45,900 nucleotides of DNA, from positions 144,894,966 through 144,940,865 of the forward strand of contig NC_068982.1 in NCBI RefSeq assembly GCF_001194135.2. The letters are read 5' to 3'. Each line of letters opens with the position of its first letter. The first letter of the stretch is position 1. A program made the position numbers and the translations under genes. This DNA is from Octopus bimaculoides. Its lineage: Eukaryota. Positions 22,831 through 35,425 of the stretch are shown one piece after another. The notes below the pieces were generated by a model, which worked only from the letters and a program-made list of their open reading frames with translations, ran no database searches and was not told the origin of the DNA.

Positions 22831-23316
22831 ACTGTTTTATGATAATAGCTTCAGAGTGACTCCTCCTTAAAAATAACGTTTCTGTACTTTTCAGTTTAAT
22901 TGCATACAGAAACAAATCAAACGAGACTTTATTTTCTCTCTACCATGTCTCATTTAGACAAACCGCATAGAAATATTAACTCAATACTACACATAATTTT
23001 TCTGTTTAATTACATCCATAAACATCTACCACAAGACATTACACTCCTCCTAATACAGCAGCCGATGATAAGTAGTGTATAAAAAATTAAAACTTCTCTA
23101 CTGAAATATACTTGATTTTTTAAATAATAAATTGTAATAGCTTAATGTATAAGGATGGAGCTTTAAAACTTAGAATTTATCTCACATTTCCAGAAGAACT
23201 ATGTGAAGGCGAGATTGTTATGAGAATGTGTAATAACCATGAACTGACAAAAATATACATTGCAAACAAGCATTTCCTTTTCTATTGCTTTATGATTGCT
23301 TTAAATTCGTGTGCAT

Positions 23317-23363
23317 GTCTGCCTGCCTGCCTGTCTGTCTGCCTGCCTGTCTGTCTGCCTGCC

Positions 23364-23405
<42 letters not shown>
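23317..23405. repeat. (TCTG/CCTG)n tetranucleotide repeat
   Basis: Direct reading. Confidence 0.95.
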
Positions 23406-23409
<4 letters not shown>

Positions 23410-24283
23410 CCCTTAAAATCTAATCTACACCAAAACGTACCTGCATCTACATCGGTTGGGTTATACTACTACTGCTTTATCACAGCAAACCCAGTGCAAA
23501 GCCATGTGCTACACAATGATTCAGCCTCCTCATCCAGACCCTGGTCGACTGACTTGAAGTGCCATAGGGTACGGGGAAGGGGCGTTGTGCAGAGTTGAGT
23601 AGATCATGGCCTTTCCAATTTCTAGAACATCGGATTCCTGGAATTATCTTATTCCAGATCCAGCAACTACACACACACATATATAGACACAACATACATA
23701 GACACACATACACATAGACACATACATACACAAACACACATACACATACATAGATACACACACATATGAAACTTTTAGTTTTCCTGGAGAATATTGGAAA
23801 GAGAGCGAGTATATTCATGCTGGGGTAGAGTTTTTAGTCTATCACAGTAGCACCTATTTTCAATATAATATATTGAACCAGCGAATAAAGAGATTCGATA
23901 GAGACTTCTCATGAAATGCCGACCTGCTGGCTTTTAAGCAGATATTCCATCATTTCATTATTTGTACGTGTCATTTCGGATTTTTATAAGAAACCACTTT
24001 CACAGATATCTATTTCATTAATTGTTCAGCTGTGTCAGTTTTTACCTATCACTTCTTATTCCACTCTTCGTCTATATTTGAAAATGCGGCTGAAATATTC
24101 GGAAAACAGTGATAGTAGTAGCTATGATGTTCGCCTGTGGGTTCTGCTGCTGTTGGTCTTGTTGCCTCTTCTGGGCAGAAAGACCTCAGGTGACTTTTAC
24201 TATATCACAGGTAGCGAGTGAGTTTCGTACCTTGCATTACGCCTGACTGACCCCCCGCTCTCCCCTCCCTGAATGAAGTACCT

Positions 24284-25159
24284 TGTGGTAATGAGTGTCA
24301 TCACTACGTGTGCATCTAAGCGGACTCCACCCAACCACATACTGATGCAGGTACCCTACGTGCACGCCATTCATTCTCTCAGTTACACAAAGGTGATGAC
24401 AAGCTAAGAACCAACATAGGCCGATATTTCAGGTCGGGATTCTCGTGTTTCTGTGATCCATGTACTATGGTACCATCCTATAAGTCTTACTTATCTCCTC
24501 GTGTCTAGTTCTCAGATTTAAAGACAGATTTACACTTCGAAATGCCCTGCACTGTGGGACAGAGCAAATATCCTGTCACGCATCTGCCATTCATTTTCCC
24601 ACACTTTTCGAAAACATAAAAATCCTCCCTACATTTTGTAAAACTGAGATCTGTATCTTTCCTCCTCGACCTTTCCTGTATAAATTCATCGGGTAAGGAG
24701 GTACTATTTTCTGTGACTTGCCTCGTCCATTCTTTCTCTAATTGGTTCAAGTCGCTTCTGTTGACCCACAGCATCGAATATTTTTGGCCTCCTTGTTGTT
24801 GGCAGTACTATTTTTATCTTTCAAATTAATATTTCCAGCTCATATTCTTCTTTGTAATGTCCACTATATCTCTATAATTACTTAAGCTTGCAGTTCTATT
24901 TATTTTTTATTTATTCAGTGTGTTTTATTTCTAAATTACGTTTTATCGTTTGAAAATGAATTTGAGCTGTGTTTTTTTTTCTATGTCATTAAAACCACCG
25001 TGCAACCGCTGTGGCGTGAACCTCTTCCTGTTGCTTCTGAAACTTTGAAATACGAATGGCATTACAAATGACTACTTGTAAAATGTATATTTGCAGTTAA
25101 CAATGTGGTTGGGTGGAGTCCGCTTAGATGCGCACGTAGTGATGACACTCATTACCACA
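24284..25159. mobile_element. Unclassified 876-bp element with 57-bp inverted ends
   Basis: 24284-24340 vs reverse complement of 25103-25159 are 56/57 identical, TGT..ACA termini; no clear TSD; internal 89-aa minus-strand ORF not recognised. Confidence 0.75.
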
Positions 25160-25443
25160 GAGGTTGATCAGATCAGGGATAACTTCGACACTCTCCAGAT
25201 CGGCATGAATCCACGATATGTACCTTCTCTTAGTAAAATTGTGGCAAAATAAAAACAACTTTTCTCACAGTAATCTAACTGAAAATTACTTTTCCTCGGA
25301 ACTTTGACATAAATATATACAACAACAACAACAACAACAACACTAAAGTTGCTGGTTTAGGCAGACGGCTAGCGATTTTGAGGGGAGAGGTTAATCGATT
25401 ATATCGACCCCAGCACTTGACTGATATTCTATTTTATTGATCA

Positions 25444-27017
25444 CCGCCTCAGTTTAGCATTTAGGAAGGCGAAGGCAAGGTATCAGTTCAGAAATAATAA
25501 GGGAAAAATTAACTATTTGTTCTACATGGATGATCTGAAGCTTTTTAGTAAGAATGAAAAAGAGATAGATTTCTTAATACAGACTATAAGACTCTTCAGC
25601 AAAAATACAGGCATGGAATTTGGCATAGATAAATGTGTAATATTAGTCATGAGAAGGGGACAGGTCGTCAACAGCAAAGGTATCCAATTATCAGATGGCC
25701 AGACATTAAAATCATTGAAAGGAGGAGAGAGTTATAAGTATCTAGGAGTATTAGAATCTGACAAAGTACTAACTATAGAAATGAAAACAAAAATTGAGAA
25801 GTAGTACATCAGAAGGGTGAGGTAGCTAATGAAGTCAAAGCTAAATGACCCGAATCTAGTGAAGGCTGTAAATACTTGGGAAGTATCATTACTTAGATAC
25901 TCAGTAGCTTTTGTAGATTGGCCAAACACTGAACTAGCAAAGCTAGACAGAAGAACTAGGAAGGAATTCAATATTAATGGAGGACTCCACCCAAGGGCAG
26001 GAGTTGCAAAATTATACTTACCTAGAAAGGAAGGCAGAAGAGGGTTAATATCAGTAGAAGACTGCGTGGAGTTAGCCAGAGTAGATATAGACTCCTACGT
26101 AGGTTAAAGTGAAGGAAGTTTATTAAAAGTTGCTAGAGTCACAGCAAGATATAGGAAAACCAAAAATTCAAACGAAGTTAAAAACCAGAAAAAAGAACAG
26201 AAATTATCTGACTGGCAGGAGAAGGTGCTGCATGGTAGATTCCCCTAAATAGTTGCAGCAAATAGTAGTCGTGAGACATGGCTGTTTGCAGAAAGGAAAG
26301 CTGAAAAGGGAGGCAGTGAGTCTATTAGTAGCAGCATAGGATCAAGCATTAAGGACTATTTGGATAAAAGCCAAGATAGACAAAATCCAAGTAGATTCTC
26401 AATGTATGTTATGCAAATAAAAAGAGGAAAGTGAATGTTGAATGCTGGCACAGAAAGAATACAAGAAAAGACATGACAACTTAGGGAGAATGATCCACTG
26501 GGAGTTATGTAGAAAGCTAGGATTTGACCATACTAATAAATGATATGAACATGAACCTAGTAAAGTACTAGAAAGTAAGAAATACAAGATGTTGTGGGAC
26601 TTTAACTACCAGACTGACGGAGTAATAAAAGCTAGAAGGCTTGATTTAGTAATAGTAGAAAAACAGGATAGAAAGTGCCAGATAATTGACCTTACATTCC
26701 CAAATGCTGAAAAAAATCAATAAGTGAGGTATAGCAAAATAGCAAAGTACCAGAACCTAGCCATTGAATCACAGAAACTATGGAAGTGCAAGTAAAATGT
26801 ATCCCAGTAGTTATAGGTGCATTGGGAACTATTCGTAAAGATTTGAACAGATGGGTAGAGGAAATAGGCATAAAACCTAGTTTGGTACAGCCCCAGAAAC
26901 TGTTATTAGGGACAGCTAGGATACTTAGGAGGGTTCTTGGCATATATGGTTACTTGTTGTAGCTCGATGTTAAGCTTTTTTCTTTTTCAGTTGTCTAATC
27001 TGTTGTATGTATATGAA

Positions 27018-27087
<70 letters not shown>
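25444..27087 (+). mobile_element. R4/Dong-like LINE, family 1 (5'-truncated, decayed), (AAT)n tail
   Basis: LFYMDDLKLF (RT), YKYLG, LHPRAGVAKLYLPRKEGRRGL, CMLC/RHD zinc-knuckle region, RRLD..IID endonuclease motif, PVVIGALG, LLGTARILR; (AAT)n at 27018-27087. Confidence 0.92.
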
Positions 27088-27586
27088 NNNNNNNNNNNNN
27101 NNNNNNNNNNNNNNNNNNNNNNNNNNNNNNNNNNNNNNNNNNNNNNNNNNNNNNNNNNNNNNNNNNNNNNNNNNNNNNNNNNNNNNNNNNNNNNNNNNNN
27201 NNNNNNNNNNNNNNNNNNNNNNNNNNNNNNNNNNNNNNNNNNNNNNNNNNNNNNNNNNNNNNNNNNNNNNNNNNNNNNNNNNNNNNNNNNNNNNNNNNNN
27301 NNNNNNNNNNNNNNNNNNNNNNNNNNNNNNNNNNNNNNNNNNNNNNNNNNNNNNNNNNNNNNNNNNNNNNNNNNNNNNNNNNNNNNNNNNNNNNNNNNNN
27401 NNNNNNNNNNNNNNNNNNNNNNNNNNNNNNNNNNNNNNNNNNNNNNNNNNNNNNNNNNNNNNNNNNNNNNNNNNNNNNNNNNNNNNNNNNNNNNNNNNNN
27501 NNNNNNNNNNNNNNNNNNNNNNNNNNNNNNNNNNNNNNNNNNNNNNNNNNNNNNNNNNNNNNNNNNNNNNNNNNNNNNNNNNNNNN

Positions 27587-27927
27587 ATGGAAAAACTTTC
27601 AAAATACAAAGACCTGGAAATAGAGATAACTCGAATGTGGAATCTAAAAACAGAAACAATTCCTATCATAGTAGGTGCCTTAGGTATAATAAAAAAATAT
27701 TCAGACAAATACATAACAAAAACACCAGGACTTACAAATATATATAACATACAGAAAATTGCACTACTGGGTACTGCACACATTCTACGCAAAACACTTT
27801 CAATACAGTAAACATAAGAGCACCACAGCAAACCACAGCACATACCCAAGGCGCACAGAGCTGCGCTCGGTAGTGAAGTGAAAGCACGTTATAAAAATAA
27901 AACTACTGAATAATAATAATAATAATA
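27587..27927 (+). mobile_element. R4/Dong-like LINE, family 2, 3' end with (AAT)n tail
   Basis: Uninterrupted MEKLSKYKDLEIEITRMW..PIIVGALG..QKIALLGTAHILRKTL; hairpin gcgca/tgcgc at 27851-27866; (AAT)n at 27909-27927. Confidence 0.9.
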
Positions 27928-28680
27928 GGGATATTGAAGATAAGACAGACAGAGAAAAAAGATGACTGTGGATGACTAAAAGTGATTTAAAACCGGAAAT
28001 GGAGGCTCTAATCTGTGCTGCCCAAAAGCAAGCATTAAGAACAAACTACATAAAATACAGAGTAGACAACACAGCAGAAAGTGAAAAGTGCAGAATCTGT
28101 GGACAAAATGGTGAAACCGTATGGTTTATTACCAGCCAATGTACGCCACTTGGTCTTGACAGAAAAAAATTGGTACGACTACAAACCCGAAGGCATCATC
28201 GAAAATGATAATGCAATGATCCTATGGACTTTTATGATTCAATGTGACCATGAGATAGAGAATAGGAAGCTAGACATAGTCTTAATTGAGAGAGAAAGTA
28301 AACTATGCTGGATCATAGATATAGCATGCCCAGCTGACAACAAGGTATGCGATAAGGAAGAAAGAAAGTCGATAGGTATGACAGGTTAGCTTGGGAAATT
28401 TAAGCAGTTGTGGTTGATGAAAAATGTAGCAGTAGTACCAATAATTGTCGGATTCTTGGGAAGAGTGAGCAAAAATCTCGAGAAGTACATGGAACAAATA
28501 AGGACCGCAATAAGGGTGGAACACTTGCAGAAAATAGCACTGCTTGGAACCGCTTGAATACTCCGGAAGGTGTTCGAAAACTAAGAGGTGTTACCTAAGT
28601 TCACTGGTAGTGAACAGCTGACACCGTAGTACATCTCCAGCGTTAGAAGCTGTGCAAAGGTAATGATAACAATGATAATT
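27928..28680 (+). mobile_element. R4/Dong-like LINE, family 3, 5'-truncated
   Basis: ALICAAQKQALRTNY, CRICGQNGETV, ILWTFMIQCDHEIENRKLDIV..IIDIACP, ALLGTA; hairpin gttcac/gtgaac at 28599-28615; degenerate taatgataacaatgataat tail. Confidence 0.9.
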
Positions 28681-29239
28681 TTTTTTGGGCTGAGTGAATT
28701 GTCGCTACGTCCAGTTAAAGTATATTAATGGCATTCTCTTTATCCACTCGAAATAATGAAAGGTAAAGTCGACTCTGGCGGACTTTGAACTCAGAAACTG
28801 TTCATACTTCATCAGCTTCATTGAGAAGAATACTAATTGTATTAACTAATTAATTCTGAGATGAGTCGATCGTTCTTTCGTAAATTGCTGATGTGTGCAT
28901 GTAGTACATGAAATGTGAAGATCTGATGTTAGAAGATAATGTTTTTCTGCTTGTAGTGCGAATTACTAATGGAAGTTGGTCAAAAATTAACTGTGAACAA
29001 TTGATTAATCTGTTATGAACAGCCAAAGGTACATTGTGGCGTGTCGGTCACTTTTGAAGTTTAAGAGGTTATTAATGCCAAACAACTGTGATATAACAAG
29101 TTTGTAGTGATTAAACTAATCGGTAAGGTTTAGTTAAAAGTCTTATATCTAACAGGTCAACTGAAGAAATTTGAAGCAATAAAACTGTGGAGGATTACAG
29201 AATTATCTTATACATTATAATAGTTCTAAAGTAATTAAG

Positions 29240-29600
29240 GCGGCGATCTGGCAGAATCGTTAGTATACCGGACAAATTTTTTGGCGGAATTTCGTTTGTC
29301 TTTAGGTTCTTAGTTCAAATTCTGCTGAGGTTGACTTTGCTTTTCGTCCTGTGGGGGAGTTGATAAAATAAATACCATTTGAGAACCGGCGCCGTTGTAA
29401 TCGACTGACCTAGCTACCCCAGAATTGCTGGCATTGTGCCAAAATTTGAAATCAATATTTATAAGGTAGTAGCAGATGGTAGAATAGTTAGCAGTTATTC
29501 AATTACATTTCTTTATGCTTTGAGTTAAATTTCCGCCAGGAACTCACCATTAATTTTCATCTGTCAAAGGTTGATAAAATACCTACCGTTCAAGTACGGG
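29240..29600 (+). mobile_element. Two tandem SINE-B copies (second very degenerate)
   Basis: ttaaggcggcgatctggcagaatcg..ttagttcaaattc..aaatttgaaa then aaggtagtagcagatggtagaatag.. Confidence 0.7.
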
Positions 29601-30024
29601 AACTCAGCAATCCAATTAAAATTTATAGGGAAAAATCAGTCGAACACAGTTTAGTATTTAGCTGTGTTCTTATTTTGTTTTCAGTACAAATAATACCGGG
29701 TTCACTCGGTTTTTCACCATTCTGGTTAGTAAATAAAATAAGTTGATGTAATATTCTCAATTAACCAACTGATCGACAAACCGACTCATGTACCAACAAT
29801 TACATTCTCGAATGTGTCTTTGTTGCTGTTGTTTAGACCCCAGGATTAGCTCTGATCAATCAGACAATAACCAAAAGGCGTTCTATTCGTACAGACCTGG
29901 CTCCTCCACGTATATGCTATTATCAGTTGTGTCCTCTATTTATAAAGATATGAACAACGATTTGGTTGCTAGTTCTAGTAGATCTTGCAACCTCTAGTAG
30001 ATCTTTACTGGCACAGTAAATCTT

Positions 30025-30260
30025 TCATCTTTTACTTGTTTCGGTCATTGGACTGCGGCCAGGGTGGGTTACCATCCTGAAGGGTTTAGTCGAACGAATC
30101 AACACCAGTACTTGTTTTTTAAGCCTGGTACTTATTCTATCAGTCAATTTGCTGAACCACTTATGTTATGGGGACGTAAACAAACCAATGCTCGTTTTCA
30201 AATGATGGTGGAGAAACACAAACATAAAGACACACACACACACGCACGCATACACATACA
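30025..30260 (-). mobile_element. SINE-A 3' half
   Basis: cttttacttgtttcggtcattggactgcggcc..cctggtacttattctatc..aaacacaaac(ac)n. Confidence 0.7.
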
Positions 30261-30429
30261 CATCCTTTAAGTTCGTTTACGGGAAATGTTTTTGAGTACG
30301 CACAGAAAAGCTCCTATGTATTATGTCAGCTGCGGCCTCGTAATTCCAACTTGCAACAACAATTTTATGGGACAGTACCGAGCTATGCTGGATATAACGT
30401 AAGATAAATATAGTAACAATAATAATAAT

Positions 30430-31410
30430 TCATGAATGGAATTTCATAAAAAGTTTAATGCACTGCTACGCGCGTTTCCTCAAATCACATGTTGTTTGTG
30501 ACTATAATCCACTTCCATAGGATGATTACAATATAATTTGTAATATCCATGGAAATTACGGTGAGTCGTTATTCATGTGTTCATTTCGTCAGGCGATATA
30601 CCATCAAACTTGGAAGTAACGAATGTTTAACTGAAGGATGTTTAACAATATTCATCGATCAAAGGGTTCAATGAGGTATGTAGGCGGTCCTATGCGTATC
30701 TGGACTAACCGTGCCTACATAGAGGCGATAAGAGGTGGGAGATGGAATTGGTATGTAAAGTATCTAGATTGTGTAGTTGTTCTATGTTGACAGGAAAGAG
30801 GAGAAAGTGATAGAAAGAGAGAAAAAGAATAATAATAGGGGAGAAGGAGGAGTGCATGGTAAAGCTTGACTTGTTTTAATATTTATGTGTGCACAGGTTG
30901 GGATGGAATACGTAGGTCATTGGTTTGACCTTAGGCACAGGCATTTCCTTAATGAATTCAGATGTTGCAGGGCAAGGGACAAAATTTTGTTTTGATATTA
31001 CTAGTTCAAAGTGTTTGCTAGTCACTGGTCAGGCTGGGGATTCGGATTGCCTGATATCCTTAAGCCTGAGTTGAAAAGTATTGTTTCCTTACAGGGTCGT
31101 GTTAATTATTGCAGGTAGTACCATTAGTTCTTCGATGCTGCTAGTGTTTGCGCGGATCCAGTAGGTTCAGCAACTGTTGATTATCATTTACGCTCAGTTA
31201 TGTAGTATCAACACTTACCGTATTTTGCGTATTGCTTTCGTTGGTGACATGAATAGGTGTACTCCATTGTGTTAAAATTTCCTAGTGATATAACCTAGGA
31301 ATATAACGGTCCTGTTGTTCGGTTAGATGCTAATGATGCTTGTTTCGTAAGGTTCCATTCAAATCCTAGGATAGATGCTTTGATCTTGTGCTTGTATGAT
31401 ACAGTTATTT
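30430..31410 (-). mobile_element. Possible decayed Penelope-like element (ORF remnant followed by hammerhead-like terminal repeat)
   Basis: Stop-ridden minus frame (..NRTVIFLGYI.., ..FQLRLKDIRQSESPA*PVTSKHFE..) only weakly recalls Penelope RT/GIY-YIG; followed by CTGACGA..GAAACGCGCGTA. Confidence 0.35.
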
Positions 31411-31799
31411 CTGAATATATGTGTGTGTGAGTATGTGTGTGTGTATGTATGTGTGTATGTATGTATGTATATATATGTATATGTATATATGCATATACAT
31501 GTATATATGTATATATATATATATATGTATATATGTATATATATATATGTATATGCATATANNNNNNNNNNNNNNNNNNNNNNNNNNNNNNNNNNNNNNN
31601 NNNNNNNNNNNNNNNNNNNNNNNNNNNNNNNNNNNNNNNNNNNNNNNNNNNNNNNNNNNNNNNNNNNNNNNNNNNNNNTTTATCAAGATGATTGAGTGTA
31701 GTATGAAGGATGGTGTGGCTGTTACTTATAGCAAATCGGGCGACTATGTACAGGTTTATTCATTGGCCCCCTCACACACTAAATAACTGGTACTTTGTT

Positions 31800-32071
31800 G
31801 GTGATGACGACGTGGGTTCCAGTTGATTCGATCAACGGAACAGCCTGCTCGTGAAATTAACGTGCAAGTGGCTGAGCACTCCACAGACGTAATTCTCAGT
31901 GAGATTCAATGTGACACAGAATGTGACAGAGGTACTACTCATTTTTGCCATCTAATTGTACTGGTCCTACGTAAAATAAAATGTTTTGCTCAAGGGTACA
32001 ACGCGCCATCAAGAATCGAACTCGCCACCTTACAATCGCGAGCCGAATACCCTGACCTCTAAGCCACGCGC
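31800..32071 (-). mobile_element. tRNA-derived SINE family D
   Basis: Reverse complement: ggcgcgtggcttagaggtcaggg..gagttcgattc..cccttgagcaaaacat..ggcaaaaatgagta; differs from families A and B. Confidence 0.75.
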
Positions 32072-33759
32072 CTTCAATGTAATATTGTTACGTAACATCG
32101 TTCGTATCTTGCCTATGGTACTGTGATATGTTTGATAGATAAAACTTTCACCACAAAGAAGAAAAAGCAGACGAACAAAATTTGTTGTTCTTAGAGCTGG
32201 CAAAAAAACCAGGCAAATCAAATCAATAACAGTGACAACAAAGGTGAGAGGTCGTCTATGTGGTCACTGATTCTGCTAGAAATAGCAGACAATTTTTAAA
32301 AGTCATTGCAAAATAAAAATAAAAATCGGTCGCACAAATTAGATAATGTAATTCTCAAAAAAAAAAAAAAGAGAAAAGAAAACATAAACTAAACACCATC
32401 AGAAAATAACATGGAGTGGTCGTGGCTGGAAAGGCTTTGATCTCATCACACGGCTCTGTTCTCTCAGAGCTGACATGGGAGCTAAATAACCACAGAAAAA
32501 ATAACGACAATATTAACAATAAACAATTCTGCAGATTGGCTCCTCACATTTGAAACTTTCATTTTATGTTTTAACAGAACAAGAATTAACCGCTGAAATT
32601 AACGAATCCTTCCTCCTACAAAACAGCATTAAAAAGCATTAACCAATGAAAACAATTTTTTACCTTCTTTCAAATGAAAGTTCAACCCTGAAAAGCCATA
32701 TTCTTCTCTCTGCAACACACGAACTTATCCAAACTCATAAGTTTCATAATTAACAGTTGTTATTAGCAGGATTATAGGACTGAAGTCGATATAATCGATC
32801 TTTGAATACGGTACCAGCAGATAAGTCTTGACTTATTCGTCTTTCCCCCTACCATTACCCATGTTGTGTCCAACTCACCATACGTCCTGCACTAATCTCC
32901 ATGACCACTACTTCCTTGTCAGAACGTCGTCCCTCTGGAGTTATGTCTCCTTGCTAACGCCTTTCCTGCAAATGTCGACTTGCAAATGTCGGAATATTTA
33001 GCAGCATCAGTCTCACCGATTTCAGAGGGCCTTTGAAAGTCAAGGGCACTGCCTCGTCTTCCAAACCTAGCAAAGTAAAACAGAAGTAAAAGAATGTCCG
33101 GTTACTGAAACCAGCAGAAGGATAAAATCGCAAAAGAATAAGAGAAAAGATTTCTAGTTGAGGAATAAAAAAAAATCGATTACAAAGAACAACACGGATA
33201 TTCTCAACATGTGTCTGTAATTTCCATCTACTGTCATATTATCAATTGTTATTGGTTTCCGGGTTGATTAAGAGAACCACAACTAGATTTGATGGTACGT
33301 TTGTTTATTCTTGCTGGTTCTATGTTAAGCGGTGTCCACGTCTAATGTAATTAAGACTCAACCTATCTGTAAATAGACACCGTATTGTAAAAGATCTTTG
33401 TACAACGTTAATGCAGTCAATGTGGGATTTGTTAACTTGATTACCTAACACTTCCACAATTATTTTTAATCTGACCAAGAAATAACCGTTCCAACTCACA
33501 CCAACCGTTCATTTGACTATCACTCTGTGAATGCACTAATTCACTCAAAATGAATGCAAATCAGAAGACCCAGTCTTCGGTAATCAGGTTATGCTAATGA
33601 AGATGTAACAGTAATACAATTGTTAGAATTGAATGCCACAGTAAATCAGAAATGCACAGAAATAATGTTTAATAATTTTTGGTTTTCTTCATATTTTTAT
33701 TACGGATTTTGTTATATTTATTGTTCATTCATTTACACAAGCACATATATGTAAATAAA

Positions 33760-33762
33760 TGA

Positions 33763-33813
<51 letters not shown>

Positions 33814-33904
33814 TACGCATATATATATATATATATATATATATACGCATTTACATATATATACACATATGCGAATATATACATATACACACACATATAT
33901 ATGC

Positions 33905-33947
<43 letters not shown>

Positions 33948-34100
33948 AATTTACATACACACACATATACAGATTTATACATATGTTTCTACGTTTTGAT
34001 TACTTCTTAGTTTTTTAAATAATTTTTATTGTGAACGAATGACACACACACACACACACACATATATACACACATTCACAAACACTCACACAAATATATG
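33760..34100. repeat. Complex (TA)/(CA)/(TACA) microsatellite
   Basis: Direct reading. Confidence 0.9.
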
Positions 34101-34679
34101 TATATGAAACACAAACACATAGTGCGAATCCATGACTTTTGTTCGTCATGTGATGATGTAAAATTAAATTGAAAGAAAAAAAGAACAATAAAAAAAAATA
34201 ACAAAAAACCTTGCAAAACAACGACAATAGCAGTAATAAAAAGAGACAAAATAGAATGAATAAAGCTGAAAGAACGACTTGAAATAAAATGGCAGGTTGA
34301 AACAAAAAGCCTTCACAATCAGGATTAAAAATCTTAAGAGACTCTTTTTGCTATTTTTACTTTTAATACAGCCTTCCTTATCTTGCGTAAGATTTTCACC
34401 GTTTCTTGCTATATCCATCCACTTAACATGACATAAATTATCAACAGATGCTTTATGTATGATTGAAAACAAAACAAAATCAAACATCGTTTTCTTCTCC
34501 CCTCTCTTTCAGTCATTATTCCTACGTCTTTTCCTACCTCACACAGTATGTCGCTTATACCACTTTAATATTATATCTTATTTGTTTTTTCTTCTTCTGT
34601 CTTCTGATACCATTAGCCCCGGGCATTCATCTAACTGCTTCCGAGCGAAATCAAATCGTTTTCTTTGATGGGAAGATGT

Positions 34680-34762
<83 letters not shown>

Positions 34763-34779
34763 AATATTAATAATAATAA
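34680..34779. repeat. (AAT)n(GAT)n(AAT)n compound repeat
   Basis: Direct reading. Confidence 0.95.
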
Positions 34780-34780
34780 G

Positions 34781-34946
34781 TCCCAAATGATGAGAAAATC
34801 AATATGAGGGATATAGAGAAAATAGCAAAGTACCAGGAGCTAGCCATTGGAGTTGCAGAGACTTTGGAAAGTGCGGGTAAAATGTATTCGCATTGTGTGT
34901 CTGTTTCACACACACACACACGCACACGCCCGCCCGCACGCACGCA

Positions 34947-35004
<58 letters not shown>

Positions 35005-35208
35005 GTATAGGTGCATTAGGAACTATTCCTAATGATTTGAACAGATGGATAGAGGAAATAGGCATAAAACCCAGCTTAGCACAACTCCTGAAAACAGTGT
35101 TATTAGGGACACTTAAGAGGACTTTTGGCATCTAAAGTTACTTGTTGTAGCCCGATGCTGGGAATTTTTCTTTTCTAACAATCTAATCTGTTGTGCGTAT
35201 ATGACTAT

Positions 35209-35259
<51 letters not shown>
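34781..35259 (+). mobile_element. 3' end of R4/Dong-like family 1, second copy, with (CA)n insert and (TAC)n tail
   Basis: Aligns with 26698-27015 (aaaatagcaaagtacc.., ataggtgcatt.gaactatt.., gttacttgttgtagc.cgatg). Confidence 0.88.
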
Positions 35260-35303
35260 CCCTACCCCCACCCCGAAAGGATGAAACCAAAGCCGACCTC
35301 GAA

Positions 35304-35345
35304 GTAGTAGTAGTATAGTATAGTAGTAGTAGTAGTAGTATAGTA

Positions 35346-35392
<47 letters not shown>

Positions 35393-35425
35393 TAGTATAG
35401 TATAGTAGTAGTAGTAGTAGTAGTA
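35304..35425. repeat. (GTA)n repeat with gtata interruptions
   Basis: Direct reading. Confidence 0.95.

Noticed and set aside
23916-24221. 101-aa ORF containing a signal-peptide-like stretch (VRLWVLLLLVLLPLLG)
   Set aside because: The hydrophobic run is internal, comes from ctg/ttg low complexity, and has no homology I recognise
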